Positions 61,927 to 64,000 of a DNA stretch of 64,000 nucleotides are shown in pieces. The stretch is taken from positions 512,001 through 576,000 of the forward strand of contig CAWCRS010000005.1 in assembly GCA_963798085.1 (NCBI GenBank), written 5' to 3'. The position numbers and the translations under genes are program-made. This stretch comes from an uncultured Gemmatimonadales bacterium (GTDB lineage: Bacteria; Gemmatimonadota; Gemmatimonadetes; Longimicrobiales; RSA9). The notes below the pieces were generated by a model. The model searched no databases, was not told the origin of the DNA, and saw only the letters and a list, made by a program, of their open reading frames with translations. Within the stretch, counting starts at the first letter, position 1. Each line of letters opens with the position of its first letter.

Positions 61927-63954
61927 ATGAGCAGCATACACATTGATGAGCGCAACGAGTGGCTGGAGGCGGATGGACTGGGCGGGTTCGCGTCGGGCAC
62001 GCTGACCGGCGTGCGAACACGGCGTTATCACGCGCTGCTGCTGCCCGCCACGACGCCGCCCACCGGTCGCTACGTGCTGGTCAACGGCTTCGATGCCTGG
62101 GTGGATACGGCGGCCGGTCGGCACGCGCTCAGTACGCAGCGCTACGGACCCGATGTCCTGTTCCCCGATGGGGCGCACCGCATTGCGGAGTTCCGGGACT
62201 CGCCCTGGCCCACCTGGATCTACCACCTCGAGGATGGCACCGAGATCGTGCACGAGGTGTTCGCGCGACGGGACAGCGGCATGATTGCGCTTTCCTGGCG
62301 CCTGCTGGCGCCGCAGCCTGGCGTCACACTGGTGCTGCGGCCGTTCCTGTCGGGGCGCGATCTGCACGCGACACACCACGAGAACGGCGCATTCCGTTTC
62401 GAGGCGCAGCAAGCGCGCGGTCAGGTGTCGTGGCAACCGTACGAAGGGCTGCCCCGCATCGTCGCCTGGCACAATGGCGACTACACGCACGAACCGCTGT
62501 GGTACCGCAATTTCCTCTATGCGGAGGAACGTGCGCGCGGCCTCGATGACACGGAGGACCTGGCTTCGCCCGGCACGCTGCGCTGGGAGCTGGGGGCAGG
62601 CGAAGCAGTCTGGGTGCTGGGCACGAGCGGTGCTGCGCCGCAGGGCAATGACATGGAGGCGACGCAGTGGCTCAAACAGGCGAGAGCGGCGGAACGGCGT
62701 CGTCGCCAGCGCCAGCATTCCCGTCTCGAGTGCGCCGCCGATGCCTACATCGTGCGCCGCGGCACGGGTCGCACGATCATCGCCGGGTATCCCTGGTTCG
62801 GAGACTGGGGCCGCGACACGTTCATTGCACTGCGCGGTCTCTGCATCGCGACGGGCAGAATTGCGGAGGCGAAGGACATCCTGATCGAATGGGCCGGCCA
62901 GGTGTCGGAAGGCATGCTGCCCAACCGCTTCGCCGAGCAAGGTGATCAGCCGGAATTCAATTCCGTGGACGCGGCGCTCTGGTTCGTGATCGCCGTACAC
63001 GACCTGCTGGAGGTCGTGGGCGCCAACCGGCGCAAGCTGCTGGCGCGCGAGCGCACCACGCTGCGGCAGGCCGTGCAGCGCATCCTCGAGGGTAACGCAG
63101 CGGGCACGCGTCATGGCATCCGCATGGATGCGGATGGCCTGCTCGCCGCGGGCGCGCCCGGACAGCAGCTTACCTGGATGGATGCGCGTGCCGGCGATCG
63201 CGAGGTGACGCCGCGCATTGGCAAGCCGGTCGAGGTGCAGGCGCTCTGGCTGAATGCACTGGCCATCGGCACCCGGCTGGATGCGCGCTGGGAGCCCGTC
63301 TTCGAGCGCGGTCGCTGCGCCTTCACGGAGCGCTTCTGGGACGGCGAACGCGGCTGCCTGCACGATATCGTCGATGCGGGACACCGCGCCGGCGCGGTGG
63401 ATCCCACGTTCCGGCCTAACCAGATCTTTGCAGTGGGCGGCCTGCCGCTCGTGCTGCTCGATGGCGCGCGCGCTGCCCGTGTCGTGGATCAGGTCGAGCG
63501 CCGCCTGCTTACACCCATGGGCCTGCGCAGCCTGGCGGCCGATGAGCCCGGCTACGTCGCGCACTACGAGGGCGGCGTCGCGCAGCGCGATGCGGCCTAC
63601 CATCAGGGAACCGTGTGGCCCTGGCTCATGGGCGCCTTCGTCGACGCCTGGGTGCGCGTCCGCAGTGCCGGCCTGGACGGGGGCGATGCGGCAGCGGATA
63701 CGGCGCAGGCGACGAATGCCGCCTCAGCCACGACGCTGACACCGCAACGCGCCCGCGCGGCGCGACGCGCCGTCCTCAAGGAAGCGAAGCAGCGGTTCCT
63801 CGAGCCGTTGCTCGCCCATCTCGATGAAGCCGGCATCGGTCACCTCTCGGAAATCGCCGACGCCGAGCCACCCTTCACACCGCGCGGCGCGCCATTTCAG
63901 GCGTGGTCGCTGGGTGAGACCATCCGGATCAGCCACAGGCTTGGTAACATCTGA
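61927..63954 (+). CDS. Amylo-alpha-1,6-glucosidase (glycogen debranching enzyme family)
   Basis: EWLEADGLGGFAS, TRRYH, AGYPWFGDWGRD, TWMD, YHQGTVWPW, QAWS. Confidence 0.94.
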   Translation: MSSIHIDERNEWLEADGLGGFASGTLTGVRTRRYHALLLPATTPPTGRYVLVNGFDAWVDTAAGRHALSTQRYGPDVLFPDGAHRIAEFRDSPWPTWIYHLEDGTEIVHEVFARRDSGMIALSWRLLAPQPGVTLVLRPFLSGRDLHATHHENGAFRFEAQQARGQVSWQPYEGLPRIVAWHNGDYTHEPLWYRNFLYAEERARGLDDTEDLASPGTLRWELGAGEAVWVLGTSGAAPQGNDMEATQWLKQARAAERRRRQRQHSRLECAADAYIVRRGTGRTIIAGYPWFGDWGRDTFIALRGLCIATGRIAEAKDILIEWAGQVSEGMLPNRFAEQGDQPEFNSVDAALWFVIAVHDLLEVVGANRRKLLARERTTLRQAVQRILEGNAAGTRHGIRMDADGLLAAGAPGQQLTWMDARAGDREVTPRIGKPVEVQALWLNALAIGTRLDARWEPVFERGRCAFTERFWDGERGCLHDIVDAGHRAGAVDPTFRPNQIFAVGGLPLVLLDGARAARVVDQVERRLLTPMGLRSLAADEPGYVAHYEGGVAQRDAAYHQGTVWPWLMGAFVDAWVRVRSAGLDGGDAAADTAQATNAASATTLTPQRARAARRAVLKEAKQRFLEPLLAHLDEAGIGHLSEIADAEPPFTPRGAPFQAWSLGETIRISHRLGNI

Positions 63955-64000
63955 GACAGAACGGCGACAGCGTTCCTCGGGCCGGGGCTGGGGCTGGGGC

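Noticed and set aside
59026..63954. GH63-like glucosidase plus debranching enzyme pair as a novel system
   Set aside because: A commonly seen gene pair; nothing unusual apart from an Ala-rich insert

Overview
GC-rich bacterial chromosomal window. The gene repertoire (ADOP permease with PadR, TolB-like/TPR membrane proteins, DUF1080, GH109) suggests Gemmatimonadota or a similar lineage, which is inference only. About a dozen single-base frameshifts, some in housekeeping genes, point to an imperfectly polished long-read assembly. Layout: (i) S9 peptidase and penicillin acylase; (ii) a ~7.7 kb integrase-less island between tRNA-Thr(TGT) and a perfect 28-bp copy of its 3' end; (iii) a ~16.5 kb minus-strand core run (amidohydrolase, pyk, MBL, pgi, HK-like, sigma54 regulator, YtxH, YihY, smpB, amidase, TPR, pyrD, pyrF, mscS, cysS); (iv) mixed metabolic and envelope genes, including rnd, a rhodanese, M48, a GNAT-deacetylase fusion, GH109, ArsR/SRPBCC, PadR/ADOP, a B12 radical SAM, GH63 and a debranching enzyme. 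The best candidate for an undescribed system is in the island. An orphan NarL/LuxR regulator is accompanied by a ~45-bp bipartite motif repeated upstream of five cargo ORFs. The cargo includes a secreted Gly-Gly/hydrophobic-tail protein followed by a lipoprotein that appears to fuse a C39 peptidase, TPR, POTRA and an Omp85-like barrel.
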